In this document: positions 24,412-38,378 of the stretch, piece by piece
Numbering within the stretch: the stretch's first letter is position 1
Layout: each line of letters starts with the position of its first letter
DNA from: Octopus bimaculoides
Taxonomy: Eukaryota
DNA length: 64,000 nt
Assembly: GCF_001194135.2 (NCBI RefSeq)
Contig: NC_068983.1
Location: forward strand, 80,753,016 to 80,817,015
Direction: 5' to 3'
The notes under the pieces: model-generated
What the model was told of the DNA's origin: nothing
What the model saw: the letters and a program-made list of their open reading frames with translations, nothing else
Database searches by the model: none
Position numbers and translations under genes: made by a program

Positions 24412-27400
24412 NNNNNNNNNNNNNNNNNNNNNNNNNNNNNNNNNNNNNNNNNNNNNNNNNNNNNNNNNNNNNNNNNNNNNNNNNNNNNNNNNNNNNNNNN
24501 NNNNNNNNNNNNNNNNNNNNNNNNNNNNNNNNNNNNNNNNNNNNNNNNNNNNNNNNNNNNNNNNNNNNNNNNNNNNNNNNNNNNNNNNNNNNNNNNNNNN
24601 NNNNNNNNNNNNNNNNNNNNNNNNNNNNNNNNNNNNNNNNNNNNNNNNNNNNNNNNNNNNNNNNNNNNNNNNNNNNNNNNNNNNNNNNNNNNNNNNNNNN
24701 NNNNNNNNNNNNNNNNNNNNNNNNNNNNNNNNNNNNNNNNNNNNNNNNNNNNNNNNNNNNNNNNNNNNNNNNNNNNNNNNNNNNNNNNNNNNNNNNNNNN
24801 NNNNNNNNNNNNNNNNNNNNNNNNNNNNNNNNNNNNNNNNNNNNNNNNNNNNNNNNNNNNNNNNNNNNNNNNNNNNNNNNNNNNNNNNNNNNNNNNNNNN
24901 NNNNNNNNNNNNNNNNNNNNNNNNNNNNNNNNNNNNNNNNNNNNNNNNNNNNNNNNNNNNNNNNNNNNNNNNNNNNNNNNNNNNNNNNNNNNNNNNNNNN
25001 NNNNNNNNNNNNNNNNNNNNNNNNNNNNNNNNNNNNNNNNNNNNNNNNNNNNNNNNNNNNNNNNNNNNNNNNNNNNNNNNNNNNNNNNNNNNNNNNNNNN
25101 NNNNNNNNNNNNNNNNNNNNNNNNNNNNNNNNNNNNNNNNNNNNNNNNNNNNNNNNNNNNNNNNNNNNNNNNNNNNNNCTGTGTAGTAATAAGTCTCCTT
25201 CCCAACCACGTGATTCTGGATTCAGTATCACTGTGTAGCATCTTGGACAAGTCTCTACCTTGGGCCTACCAAAGTTTTCTGAATGGTTTTGTTTGATGGA
25301 AGGTGAAAGTACCCTGTTATATGATGTACGTGTGCATGTGTGTGAAAATAGGAGCGTATTGGTAACATGAAGGGTATCCAGCTGTAGAAAATCTACCTGA
25401 ATAAATGCTGGCCAACCTATGCAAGCATGGAAATGTGTATGTTAAAATGATGATGATGATGATATATATTTGTGAAGGTTAATGAGAAAAATAGTTTTTA
25501 AGAATTGAATTTAAATTCTCACTAAAAACAGTTTATATAATATAGCCTTTTTTAATTACTACATTTTGGAGGCTACATTTTCCTAAGTATGTAAACAAAT
25601 ATTCCTCCACCTCAAATTATCATTTCTGAATGTGCAACATTTTTTCACATACCTACCTCAACTTATGTAATGTTTTTCTTTTATGCCTGTCAGCTGTTTC
25701 TAGATAAATACAGTGATAAGCATTTTTTAAGAATGTTCAAATTACCAGATTATTTGTTTAAAAAAATGTCTTAATTACTGGGATTCAAAATAATACATTT
25801 TGATTTTACATTTATCTTTTACACTTTAAAAGATTTTATTATTGTAGATAAATGTATTAACTTTACTGTTTCTATATTGATTTTTCTTTAATACCATCTA
25901 GATCTAATAATAAAACAGTACTTTCTCAAATAAAATTACATTACATTTTCTCTTCCAAATTAATTCAACAACAAAATAAGAAAACACTAAGACAGATCTT
26001 CCCTTTCTGAACATAGTTATCTGAGTGAATAATGTTTGAGGTTCCACGTAACAATATTAAAACTTAATTCTCCCATAAAGGTGATTATAGCTTCAAAAAG
26101 TAAGGAAAGAATTGAATGAAATTGAGGAAACAGAATAACAACAAAACAAAATAGGAAGAACTTGAGAAACAAAGAAGCTACTGATTAGAATCTAATTAGA
26201 ATAATAAAAATATAAGAGAAAGATGCGTAAAGCAAAAGTTATTCTGCCAAAACACATAATGTACTTTATTTTTTTCAAATTTAATTTTTGCTTTTATTTT
26301 CTGAATTCCATCTGGCAGACTGTAGCAGTGGCTAATATTGTAGGCTCAAAGCTTATCTTCCCCTATTTTTCCAAGTATGCCTTTATAGCAAGATTCTGAT
26401 TCCTCTGGGGAAAATATTTTATATGTTGTGCTTTTTTATTTCTGGATTCCTTTTTAAAATCTGATTTCATATTTACTTTTAGCAATATATTAATAAAAAC
26501 CTTTATAATTTCTGGTTTTGTTTTTGTAAACTTCCATTTCAGCACAATAAATTATTATTTTATTTCATGCCATACTATATACATAATATTTGCTTTAAAG
26601 TTAAGGAAAAGCATTCAAATTTCTGATAAAATTTCAGTTGAATGAATTTTTGGAAATAGCATTTATTTTTTATCCATTATTAATTCNNNNNNNNNNNNNN
26701 NNNNNNNNNNNNNNNNNNNNNNNNNNNNNNNNNNNNNNNNNNNNNNNNNNNNNNNNNNNNNNNNNNNNNNNNNNNNNNNNNNNNNNNNNNNNNNNNNNNN
26801 NNNNNNNNNNNNNNNNNNNNNNNNNNNNNNNNNNNNNNNNNNNNNNNNNNNNNNNNNNNNNNNNNNNNNNNNNNNNNNNNNNNNNNNNNNNNNNNNNNNN
26901 NNNNNNNNNNNNNNNNNNNNNNNNNNNNNNNNNNNNNNNNNNNNNNNNNNNNNNNNNNNNNNNNNNNNNNNNNNNNNNNNNNNNNNNNNNNNNNNNNNNN
27001 NNNNNNNNNNNNNNNNNNNNNNNNNNNNNNNNNNNNNNNNNNNNNNNNNNNNNNNNNNNNNNNNNNNNNNNNNNNNNNNNNNNNNNNNNNNNNNNNNNNN
27101 NNNNNNNNNNNNNNNNNNNNNNNNNNNNNNNNNNNNNNNNNNNNNNNNNNNNNNNNNNNNNNNNNNNNNNNNNNNNNNNNNNNNNNNNNNNNNNNNNNNN
27201 NNNNNNNNNNNNNNNNNNNNNNNNNNNNNNNNNNNNNNNNNNNNNNNNNNNNNNNNNNNNNNNNNNNNNNNNNNNNNNNNNNNNNNNNNNNNNNNNNNNN
27301 NTCATAATTTAAAAAGCTTCCCTTGAGAATTAGATTTTGTAATTTTTTTCCCCTAGATGGTTACTTGTAAAATTTTGATTTTATTATTTAATGCCTGAAC

Positions 27401-28349
27401 TAATAATTATACAAATAAAAAAGTCAACCATGAACCTTTCCATTTCATTGGATTTATTTTGATTTCCCTTTTTTGAAATCAAATCCGATGAAATCAGGTA
27501 TTAAAAATGGACATTGTAATGAACAAACATGTTTGTTCTTTGTTTTGCTACAGTTGCATGCTTTATCAAATTGGTATGCTTCATATTAAAAAAAACTAAC
27601 AAAGAATTATATGAGGTTCACTGACTCAATCAATTACCTCTGTTGAAAGAAGAAAAGAAATCAGTTGTTTTTAAATGAGAATTCTGTTTTAGATTTTTAT
27701 TTAGTTTAATTTGTTCATTAGTGCAAAATTTGGTGCATATTTCTAACTGAAATGTTTCATTAGTCTGAAATGTAGCATTCTGCACAAAATAACAAAGATG
27801 CATATACTTTTGAGTTAAAATTAGTGAGTTGCTGAGATATTTATTTACATTTCTTGCTATTTAACCTCCATCTACAGTATTTGATATTTCAATCTTTCAA
27901 TTGAGGTATAAACTAATTCACTTAAACATGCACATTTTAACAATTTAGGAAACAATTAATCAAAAGAACCAATAGAACCATGACACTGTTGAGAAGGGCC
28001 CTTTTGTCATGTTTATTATGAATATATTCTTTTAAGTTAATTTTTGTGTAATTTTGTAAGCATGTCTGTGAGCAGCTTAAAGTCATAAAGAAAAAATCAT
28101 TCAGCAAAAGCTTATAGGGGGTGTCTGAAAGCTGTGTTAAGTTCTTTAGGTGAATATAACATGTAAGTTAACGATGAGAATTGTAGGAACATAGATACCC
28201 AAAGCAAGTGGGATGGCTAGGCAAGATAAAAGTACCTTGCAACTGAATAAAAGTTTGCTAATTAAAACCTTACCACAGATACTGCACAAAAGCATGTCGA
28301 ATTTTCACCTTAGTCAAGAATTTTTCTATATTTAATTAAGGTTTGAACC

Positions 28350-28553
28350 ATCATCAACATGATTTTGATATCTACATTTCCATGCTTGCATGGGTTGGAT
28401 AGGATTTTTGAGACAGATTTTTCTGCAGCAAAATACCATTCCTGTCATCAACCCTCATCTGTTTTCAAGTGATGTAATATTTCCCCATGAACAGACATGT
28501 TTACATGGAAAACTGGAAATAAAGGACACTGCCTGCATCATCATCATCATCAT
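28350..28553 (-). mobile_element. Short interspersed repeat family D ending in a (GAT)n tail; related copies at 25355, 30345, 34262, 36290, 42585, 46545 and 50115
   Basis: Shared AGGAAGGGCATCCAGCTGTAGAAA and AACCCATGC.AGCATGGAA...GTTAAA(C/T)GATGATG motifs. Confidence 0.75.
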
Positions 28554-31500
28554 NNNNNNNNNNNNNNNNNNNNNNNNNNNNNNNNNNNNNNNNNNNNNNN
28601 NNNNNNNNNNNNNNNNNNNNNNNNNNNNNNNNNNNNNNNNNNNNNNNNNNNNNCATGTGTCACCCGCACATGAGCCAGTCCAGAGGCACCGGCAACGATC
28701 TCGACAGTAACATTTATTCATAACCATCATGTGAAGAGTTAAGTAAAACGGCAGTAACACACACACACACATGCTTACATATAACAGGCCTCCATCCACT
28801 ATATCTCCCCATAAGCTTTTGCCTGGCCCAGGGTCTCAGTAGAAGACACTTGCCCAAAGTGTCAGTGGGACTGAATGGCTGATATAAAATGTGAATGAAA
28901 AGTGTTATAGAAAAAGAAAAAAGAAATGTAATATCTGTTTTAAATCATACTCAAAAAGACATATTCATATGGTTTTAATCTGTATAGTACTTTAATGGAG
29001 AAATAAATACTGTAATGTTTGCATCATTATAAAATTATCAACAGTATGAAGGTTTGTTGTATTTGAATGCTAGTATTTGAGAGCAACAGTAATGATAATT
29101 TCCCCAGGTTTTTTTAGGATGAGAGATGTTTTAATTTAATTTAACTGCTACTGTTGAAAAGTTTTGTAATGCTTATTACTATCACCAAAATAGGCAATAG
29201 AATTGTTTTGTGCACTAGAACTGATTGCCAATGATTGTGTAAAGCATCTGTTTTAAAAAAAGAGATCATTTTTGTATTCAGTTTTTAGTTTGAAAGAAAT
29301 ATTTAAAAAATGTTTAAAAAAATTTTTATGTATGTTTTTTTTCTTTTTGTTTTTCTTTTTAGTTGTTTATTATTAACCAACCATGCAGTCAGAAGCTAAT
29401 TTTCATTGATTTTTATGATACAGTAAACTTCCGAAATAACAAAAACTCAAGCTAACGGAACATTTGAAAATTGTCATTCTGTAGAGAAAATTACCGATAA
29501 TGTGCTAATTTGTTTACTTCAGCTTACACTATTTTAAAAATGTTTCTTGTTTTTATTATTTTTCCAATTGCTTACTGCAAATTTACCAGCTAATAAAGAA
29601 GTATTCATTAAAAACTATTCTTCCAGTATGAGAAAACAAATATTTATAAGATGATTAAATTTCATCTTTATTGTGATGGTCTGTGCAAGGAAAGAAAGAT
29701 CAATCTACAACCTCTTTAAGTTTTTCCATAGTAGAAAAATTTCAAAATACATCAAAAAAGCTATTGTCTTTGGTTTCTCATCTTATATTATGAATCAAGT
29801 ATGGGTAATCTTCTGCACTTTATGATGTATCATAATCTGAGTTTTGACTTAAATATATTTCAATGATTTACTTAATGCAATATAGGGTGTATACTGTATG
29901 GCATACAACTTTAAATTATTCATTTAATGTTGTTGTCCCATTTATGACAAAGAATATCTCATAAAACCAGTTGATTTTATATATTATACCCCTTATAAAC
30001 TCTGAAATTAAAAGGATACTACTGTTGGTGATCTAAAAGATATGAGGTTCTATTACTTTTCTTTAACTCAACACAAATTTCAAAAATGGGATGCATAGAT
30101 TAGTTTAGACTCCCTGCTTTCTTCCTTCCATGAATGAAACTTGGGGATTAAAATGTTTTTTTTTTTTAATTTCTGCTTTGGTTTTAGGCTATAAACGTAA
30201 TTCCTCATATAGTTATTGATTAATTCTGTTATTTATTGATGTGATGGGTTACACAAATCCATACAACAGATTTGCAAAAAACTTTAAGTTTTAATATATC
30301 TTTCAGAGATCTGAAAAGACAGTGTACATAAAAAGTACATTTGAAATCATCATCATCATTCTCATCATGCCATCTTCATTGTCATCATCATCATCATCAT
30401 TGTCGTCATTATCATCCTCATTTAAAGTCCATATTCCATGCTGGCATGGGTTAAATGGTTTTATAGGAACCAAAGTGTCCAAGGAACACATCAAGCTCTA
30501 ATGTCTGTTTTGGCATGTTTTTTACCACTGGATGCACTTCTTAACATCAACTACTTTACAGTGTAGACTGGGTGCTCTTTTCGTGCCAACTATTGAGGTT
30601 GTGATGCAGTTCCTAGGACTATAAGCACTGGGGTAGTGGGGGAATCAGCTTCAATGCGGGAATTACTATGAGAGGGGGCAAGCAGGTTCCTGGAAAGGGA
30701 TCTGTGTGGCTACTCACATTTAATATGGAAACAAAAAATATATTATTAGATAACATAAAAAGAATATAATATTAGTGAGAAGAATAAATATTTCCATTTT
30801 AAATCATTTTAACTATGATAGGTAAATTTTTATAATCTTATCTAATGTCTTTGTTAAATGTCTTTGTTAACTTGTCTCTATGTTATTATGAAGCAAGTAC
30901 TTTCTCATTTGTTACACATCATCCATTTATATAAGCAGTCCATAATATATTCCTCTATTTTGAATACTCAGTGAATGTTGCTAATTTTTCTGTTGTTTTC
31001 TTATCCCGTTTCTGTAAGATTGTTTGGTAATTTCAATTCAGGTCTTGTATTTGTATTGCTTAGATTTTATTAACTCATTAGATTTTCATTATATTTCTGA
31101 CACTTGTATTATATGACCTACCTCTAAGAAATAATCCCTTGTCACCACCAGACAATAATTCCATGCATTTTCTCACTTGGTTCATATACTAAAACTGATT
31201 CCATGTCTAATATAATTAGGTTATCTAAAATCCAATATTATTAGTTGTTAGCTCTTCTCTGTATTAGGCACACCATTACATGTGACACACTTAAAGTGTC
31301 AGCTCCATATAATAACTGTAAGCCAATGCAGAAGCCTCTATGTGGTTACTCAACAGCTAGAAATACCAGACAAAGTCTCTTAGATGCACCACGTCCTTTA
31401 AAGAAAACACATTAAACAGACAGTGAAGTCTCTAATATACACAATGGTGAGATGGCCATAACTGGAATGTCTTTCAGCAAGGGTCTTTTCAGTCAGAGCT

Positions 31501-32109
31501 GATGTATGACTAAACAACAACTTTTTGACATCATACATTTCTGGCAAGAAAATTATATCTTCTAGTCTAACTAAATGATAGTAGGTTAAAAGTCAAGGAA
31601 CGAAGTGTGACAGTAATGAATTAGGCCTTAATTCAGATGTTGGCCTCAATCATTTTTGTTTTGTATGTATGCTTGTTGAAATTCTCTCTACTATTGCTAC
31701 CATTTCTAAAACTGTATAATTAATACCATCTCTATTAGTGACAATTGATTAATAGATAATGTAAACTAATTAGCAATCTCAAAGTTATTTAGTTATATAC
31801 ACATTGATTTCTCATTATAGTGTAAAAAAAAATAGGAGAAAAGCCAGTTTGTGAATGGAAATTTGTGAAGATCCATAATTATCCAAGTCTGAATATGAGA
31901 AGTATCAAAAGTAACAAAGTGAAGGAAGAGTCTAGAAGAGACCCGCTACACCTTGAGTGGAGAACCCTTTTAAAGCCAGGGTTGAATTTGTGATGAGGAA
32001 ATTAATCTTTTCATTTTATGAATTTATTGGTTTCTAACTTATATTTAATTACTGCATTGGTGTTAAACCTTAAAATGTTTTTTTTTCCTGTTTCAAATTG
32101 GTATTTTAG

Positions 32110-32203
32110 AGAATTTTGTGAGCATGTAGATCCAAAATTGAAATCAGGCAAAACTCCTCTTACAGAGGAAGAGTTTCTCATACTTGTGGGAAACCAATCC
32201 TCC
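32110..32203 (+). CDS. Candidate 94-nt internal exon of an unidentified gene (EFCEHVDPKLKSGKTPLTEEEFLILVGNQSS)
   Basis: Strong pyrimidine tract and TTTTAG acceptor, open frame, TCC|gtaaat donor and protein-like composition. No homolog recognised. Confidence 0.4.
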
Positions 32204-32499
32204 GTAAATTAAATTTTGCATTGTTATTTGATACTCTGTAATTAGTAGCCAAATACCATTCAAATCACATCCAGCCATCTTAACCAACGAAAAGCATGTT
32301 AGATAAAGAGTTGTAGATACCCTGTGCCAGAAACAAAAGACATAATGTTCGCAACTATATTGTCTATGATCATTCATTTGCTCAATCACAGTTCACCTGG
32401 GGCTAAAAAAACCACAACTACGTAAATGTAACATTATTCCAAGAACAGGTATAAGGCAACAACATGATGTGTCTAGTTATTAGTTAAATTTTTAGTGAG

Positions 32500-33790
32500 A
32501 ATATATTACTCCATGATGAAAGACAATGATCAGATAGTCATGTTTGAATCTGCTAGAACATATCGAGAATGTGTGCCCCTTATGAATTATTGTCTGATTG
32601 GCAGATATCAGCTCACATCAGCAAATAATTAAGGATTATTACAGCAGAGAGAGCTCATAAAACTGTGTGATTAATAGAATGGAAAGCCCTGGTGGATGAT
32701 GGAATCAGAAACAAACACACAGACACTACTGCATCCAAATTCACAGACCTTCCTGAACTGACTGAGGACGTCAAAACAGAGTGAAGACTGTTTAATTTGG
32801 TAGTTTTTTTATTTGGCTGTACTATACTGTGAAATGAGGCAGTTCAGTGTGAATCCATGTGGTAAAAGAAATTCTCAGTTTAATCAGGAAGTTAAAGATG
32901 CTATCTGAGCAAAGAAGAAGGCTTACAAAGCTGGTTTTTTGGAAACAAGTCTCTCCTTTTGCTTATGCAGTATACTGAGGCACAAAAAGTTGCAGAAGAG
33001 ACTGTAAAAACGTCCAAGGTTAAATTATGGGAGGACTTTGGGACTGATCTAGACTCTAACTTTAGTTTAGCCAATAAAATATTCTGGCAGGCCATCTGCT
33101 GAGTTCTTAACAAGAAGCCCTCTTCCACATCTGCCATTAAAAACTTGGGCTGGGGCTCTTCTCTCTACTGAGAGGTAGTAAGAATACTTTGTTAAGCTCC
33201 TAAATCCAGTCACAATAAAATCCTTTGGTAGAAAATAGATGCATATAGGAGTGAAGATTAACCTTACAACAGCTGAAGCCATCTGCGTGATTAAAGTGCT
33301 CATGTGTGACAAGGCTTCTGGGGAGGATGAAACTTGGTCAGGGATATTAAAAGCTTTAAAAAGAGAAGGTATTCTTTGGCCAATTTGTGTATGCTTGATA
33401 GCTTGGACCTCTGGAAAGACACCAAAGCAGTGGAAATTTGGAGTGATAATAGCAAGGGAAACAAGAAAGAGTGCTTTAATTATAGGGTCTCCTCAGGAAA
33501 GTTTATGCTAAGTGTCTGGAAAAGAGATGTAGGAAAATTGTTGCGTCCAAGATAGCCTAACAGTGTGGTTTCCATCTTAGCTACAGCTCAGCTGACCAGA
33601 TACTCACTCTAAAGCAGATCTTTGAGAAATCATGGAAATATTGAGATGTTCACTTCCTTTGTAGAACTTGAAAAAACATATGACCACATGCCACAGAGTA
33701 TACTGTGGAGGACTTTGCAGAAGTTTGAGATTAATGAGCAGATCATTCATATAAAAGATGGAAAGTGAAGTTCTCAAAATGTAGCTCTTT
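32500..33790 (+). mobile_element. Decayed RTE-clade LINE of Rex3/Expander type (linker and N-terminal RT)
   Basis: AEAICVIKVLMCDKASGEDETWSGILKAL..EGILW...IAWTSGKTPKQWKFGVI, then FVELEKTYDH-like and LWRTLQKF motifs. Confidence 0.85.
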
Positions 33791-36248
33791 GAGAATATTT
33801 TGTATAATGGCACTAGAACTTATTGCCACAACTTGTTTTATATGTATAAGAGAACATAAACCAAGTATATTATTGAGGATATGTGTTACGGTACATTGAA
33901 ACAGTAGAATTTGCTACTGTTGGTAGCAAAAGCATTATATAAACAGCAATTTGTTTGTTGATGGAAATGCAGAGTTCAAATCCTTTTATGGATATAACTG
34001 CAGAGAAACTAGCTCTTACAGCATATTAAACCTTAAATTTGCTACATAATGACGTCTCAACGAATTATAAAGTTCACCATACCTTGGTAAAATTGAGTTT
34101 TGCAGGAACTAAAATTATTCTATTGCTGTGGTATTAACTGATTTCAAATTTTGGCACAAGGCCAGTAATTTCAGGGGAGAGTGCATTGATCCTTCTCTTC
34201 ATCTCATCTGGTATAAAGTTGCCCTCTTCCTAGAGGTTTATAGTCTTGCAAGTTGTATATTGACTGTGCTAGTGCAGGTGGAATAAAAAAAAATCACAGG
34301 GAAGTGTTTAACATTAGAAAGGGCATCCAGCTGTAGAAACCATGTAAAAGCAGACACCAGAGTACAATACAGTCCTTGGGCCCATCAGATCTTGTTAAAC
34401 TGTTCAACCCATGCCAGTATGGAACTTGGATGTTAAATGATGATGATGATGATGACATCCATCATAACTTTCAATTTAAAATGTTATCTGTATTATACAA
34501 ATTAATTCTTGCAACCTCTTATCACTCTTGTCTAGTCTGTTATTTTTCTCTAGTACCAATCCTTTTAACATCAACATGCCTGAGATCACTTCTGGTTCTA
34601 GAATTATACTGCCTCTCACTTCTAAGTATTCATAATGAAGTTAAAACTTTTCATCATAATTTTATGAAAGAAATTTTTGCAGATGCATGTTCCAAGCATC
34701 ACATTAGTAATGACAAAGTTAGTTATTTGATTAAGTCTCTCTAAATTCTTGATAATTTCCAATATCAACTAAAAGTCATGGACAGTGCATTTTATTAGAC
34801 ATATTGTCACAAAAGAGTTAAATAGGCCTTAATTCTAGTTAAGGCTTTTATATGGTTCTTTCTCCCTCAAACATATAAATTATTTATCTTCTTGACTAGT
34901 AAACTGTTCTTTTCTGTTAATCTTTAGACACAACCTAACCTATATCATGCCATTTTATTTTCTTGGAAATAGAAAAGAATATGAGAAGCTTATATCAAAT
35001 TATTATCTGTTCATTTTGATCTTTTACATCAAATTTTCTATGCTATGGGTGGAATGGCATTTACTTGAAATAGTTACTTTAAAGCTGGGTGCCCTACCTA
35101 TTGCTAAGCAGTCAACTATGCAATATTAGGAGAAACTCTTTTTTGCCATTCAGAAAATTTAGCAATTAGGTTTATAAGGTTTGCCCAAAAGTACATCAAT
35201 AGCTGTTGGGGAAATATGGTAGCAGATCATATAGCTAAAAGTTCAGTATATTAAAGGTGTAATGTCAGCATCATTGTACCTTTAGAGCAAAATACGTAAG
35301 AACTATTACAAGAGTGCAAAGTAACTTTCATTAAAAGCTGAAACTGAATCTACAGATTTTTAACTCTCCTGGTCAGAAAAATTTATTCTTTTATACCAGA
35401 CAAGAAAATATTATCAGGTATTCAACTTTTGAGTTCTGATATTGTTAGCATGATGTTAAATAGTTATTGTTCTGCATTCATTAGAATTTCTGTTTCAATC
35501 ATAAAAGAAATAGAATGGTTTATTGGATTATTTCATGTTCCTTAGTACAATAATTATTCTGAATAAAAAAGTTAAAATTAAGCTAGCTTTCATTTTATGT
35601 AGAGATCAAAGTAGATTTCTTATAAACTTTACTATTACCAATTACATTCTGAGAATTACTCAATTGCATGTCATAATCAGGAAATCAGATTTTGTATTGA
35701 AATATTGCAAAAATAGAGTTTTTAAGGTTTTAGATATAATAATAAAGACTAGTATTCAAAGGTCAGCTGAAATACTTTGTACAATAACTGAAATGCAATT
35801 AATTTTGTTTCTTTTAGAACGATTGGAAAATAATACAAAAATCTTCAAAAGGGATTTAGAAGCACATAATAATCCAAGCATTAATTTATAGCATTTCCCT
35901 TTTATTTCATAAATATCCCTTAAATAAGCATTTCTCTTTCAAGTAAAACAGATTCTACTATCGTGCAGTAAAAACTGATGCTACAAAAATCAATCTGCTA
36001 AAGGTTTTCATAAGATAAGTGTTTGTTAAGCTGCATGTAGCTTTGTTAAGTTGTCATAAAATTTTAACAATGAACTTAAATATATATATTTAGTTTAAAT
36101 TCCTTATGTTTGTATATTTGATAAATGTTTTAATTTAAAACAACGAAGGGACCAATGCATTGTTTCTTATCCTTCTGTAAACAACAGTTAAATCTCCCTC
36201 AAATTAAATCTCACTACCTTACAAAAAATGAAGGACACATGATATAAT

Positions 36249-36249
<1 letters not shown>

Positions 36250-36288
<39 letters not shown>
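36250..36288. repeat. (TAG)n microsatellite
   Basis: Directly visible. Confidence 0.95.
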
Positions 36289-36289
<1 letters not shown>

Positions 36290-36902
36290 TTTTCATGCTG
36301 GCTTGTGTTGGATGGCTTGACAGAAGCTGGCAAGCCAGAGAACTGTGTCAAGCTCTATCATCTGCTTTGGTATGGTTTTTATGGCTAGATGCCCTTCCTT
36401 ACACCAACAACTTTACAGAGTGTACAGGGTGCTTTTCATGTGGCACCAGCACCAGTGGAATCACCAAGTAACTTGTAAGACCTCTCAGCTATGAGGTAGA
36501 GTAGTATTGAGGGCAGTGGCTCTTTACCACACTCCAAATAATATAAAAGTCAAACGATATTGGCTGCAGTACCCTTTGATCAGAAATTTATTCAATCGGA
36601 GTTGACCTAGTATTTAACAGCAAAATAAATTTTAGTACTTTATTCGTATTAAGGGTAGCTTAGCTATTACAGAAGCAAGCTAACAAGGTTAGACTTTTAC
36701 CTCTAGAATCACCACTTATATTGGTGAAGTTTCAAAATAGCTCACCTACACAAGTTGTAGTTTCTCGGCATTTGCCAAGACACTAAACTAAACTAGCCAA
36801 AAAACTTGATGCAAAAATTGCATCAAGTTTTTTGAAAGAAATGGAGAAGCAAATTCATGGGTTTCATAAATGTGTAGGTATGCTATTGTTTATGCATCTC
36901 AT

Positions 36903-37248
36903 GAGGCGCAATGGCTCAGTGGTTAGGGCAGTGGACTTGTGGTCATAGGATTGCGGTTTCAATTCCAGACCGGGCGTTGTGAGTGTTTATTGAGTGAAAA
37001 CACCTAAAGCTCCATGAAGCTTCAGCAGGGGATGGTGGCGAACCCTGTTGTACCTGTATTTCAAACGGCCAGCCTTGTCACACTGTGTCACGCTGAATAT
37101 CCCCGAGAACTACGTTAAGGGTACACATGTCTGTGGAGTGCTCAGCCACTTGCATGTTAATTTCATGAGCAGGCTGTTCCGTTGATCGGATCAACTGGAA
37201 CCCTTGACGTCGTAAGCGAGGGAGTGCCAACAACAGCAACAACAACAA
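36903..37248 (+). mobile_element. SINE family C with a ~45-bp internal deletion
   Basis: Aligns with the 23018 and 53797 copies but lacks the segment between CTGCTGTAC and CTGTTGTAC. Confidence 0.92.
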
Positions 37249-37764
37249 TGCATCGCATAGATCTTGTATCCAATATTTGATTGCTTGGTTTTCTTTCAAA
37301 TGACAGTGGTGGTTGAGCATGGACTGGAAAATGAGTGTCCTTCATTTGTTCAAAAACTTATTGCTATAACAATATTGAATTCATTTATTTAACCTTCTTG
37401 CTACAATACTTAGATCTTGTTAAATTTCTTTCAACTACTCAAAAGTTTTTGAATTTTCATTAGATTATTTTTTTAAAAAGTAGTTCTGATGTATTTTATG
37501 ATGTCATCATAAACATAACACTGAACATGTGTTTGTTATTGATATATATAATGAGTTTATGACTATGTATAATAAACATATTTAGTGTCACTGTGAATTT
37601 GGAACCCTTTTATGATACATTGGCAGTCTAATTATGTATGAAAAAAATGCAATACCACCAACTACATTATATAATGTGTTGTCCTCTCTGTTTTTCAGAT
37701 ATTATGGTGTAGGTTAAAGAAAGACCACTTAAAAGTTTCATCATTGTTGTCATATCTTTCCTGT

Positions 37765-38095
37765 CTTTGCTGAATTCCATGACAACAGACAGTTCCAACT
37801 TACGATATGTCACGGGGGACATAAACAACCCAATACTGGTTGACAAGCAATGGTGGGGTGACAAACACACACATCACATGCACACACACATCACATGCAC
37901 ACACACATCACATGCACACACACATTCATATATGATGAGCTTTCACACAGTTTCCATCTATCACATCTGCTCACAAGGCTTTGGTTGACCAGGGGCTATA
38001 GTAGAAGACACTCATCCAAGGTGTTGCACAGTGGGACTGAAAGCAAAACCAAGTGGTTGCAAAGCAAGCTTCTTCCCCACACAGCTGTGCCTGTA
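37765..38095 (-). mobile_element. SINE family B with internal (CA)-rich tract
   Basis: Aligns with the other family B copies. Confidence 0.85.
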
Positions 38096-38193
38096 CCTAT
38101 GCATATATTTTATCACTGTATCACTGTATTGACCGGTAGATGGACAATTCATTGACAGACAGTTGTCCGACAGACAACATACAGGCAGGACAA

Positions 38194-38328
38194 TAGTGTG
38201 GTATGGTGCAGAGTCCTGTTGCCAGACACAGGGTGTTCCAGTAGCCACCTTCTTGACCCAGGGCAGCACAACTTCCTCCAGGCACTTGATGTAGGCCTCT
38301 GTGTTGAGTCTGAGGTCATGTGGGAATT
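38194..38328 (-). mobile_element. Tc1/mariner (maT/DD37D-like) transposase fragment
   Basis: FPHDLRLNTEAYIKCLEEVVLPWVKKVATGTPCVWQQDSAPYHT. Confidence 0.8.
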
Positions 38329-38378
38329 GTCTGTTGGTGAATTATCTGTCAGTGAATTGTCTGTTGATGAATTGTCTG
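38324..38378. repeat. 15-bp tandem repeat GAATTGTCTGTTGGT (~3.7 units)
   Basis: Units start at 38324, 38339, 38354 and 38369. Confidence 0.9.

Noticed and set aside
10378-27573. Plus-strand micro-exon candidates (10378-10404 EILDWKHVK; 27554-27573; similar ones near 16200 and 26320)
   Set aside because: They are short, do not chain in phase, and such patterns arise readily by chance in AT-rich DNA.
36903-36975. tRNA genes at SINE heads
   Set aside because: A/B-box-like motifs continue straight into multicopy SINE bodies; no complete cloverleaf or Pol III terminator was seen.
38324-38378. Regular 15-bp repeats as a CRISPR-like array
   Set aside because: There are no unique spacers, the repeats are directly tandem, and the context is eukaryotic with no cas genes.
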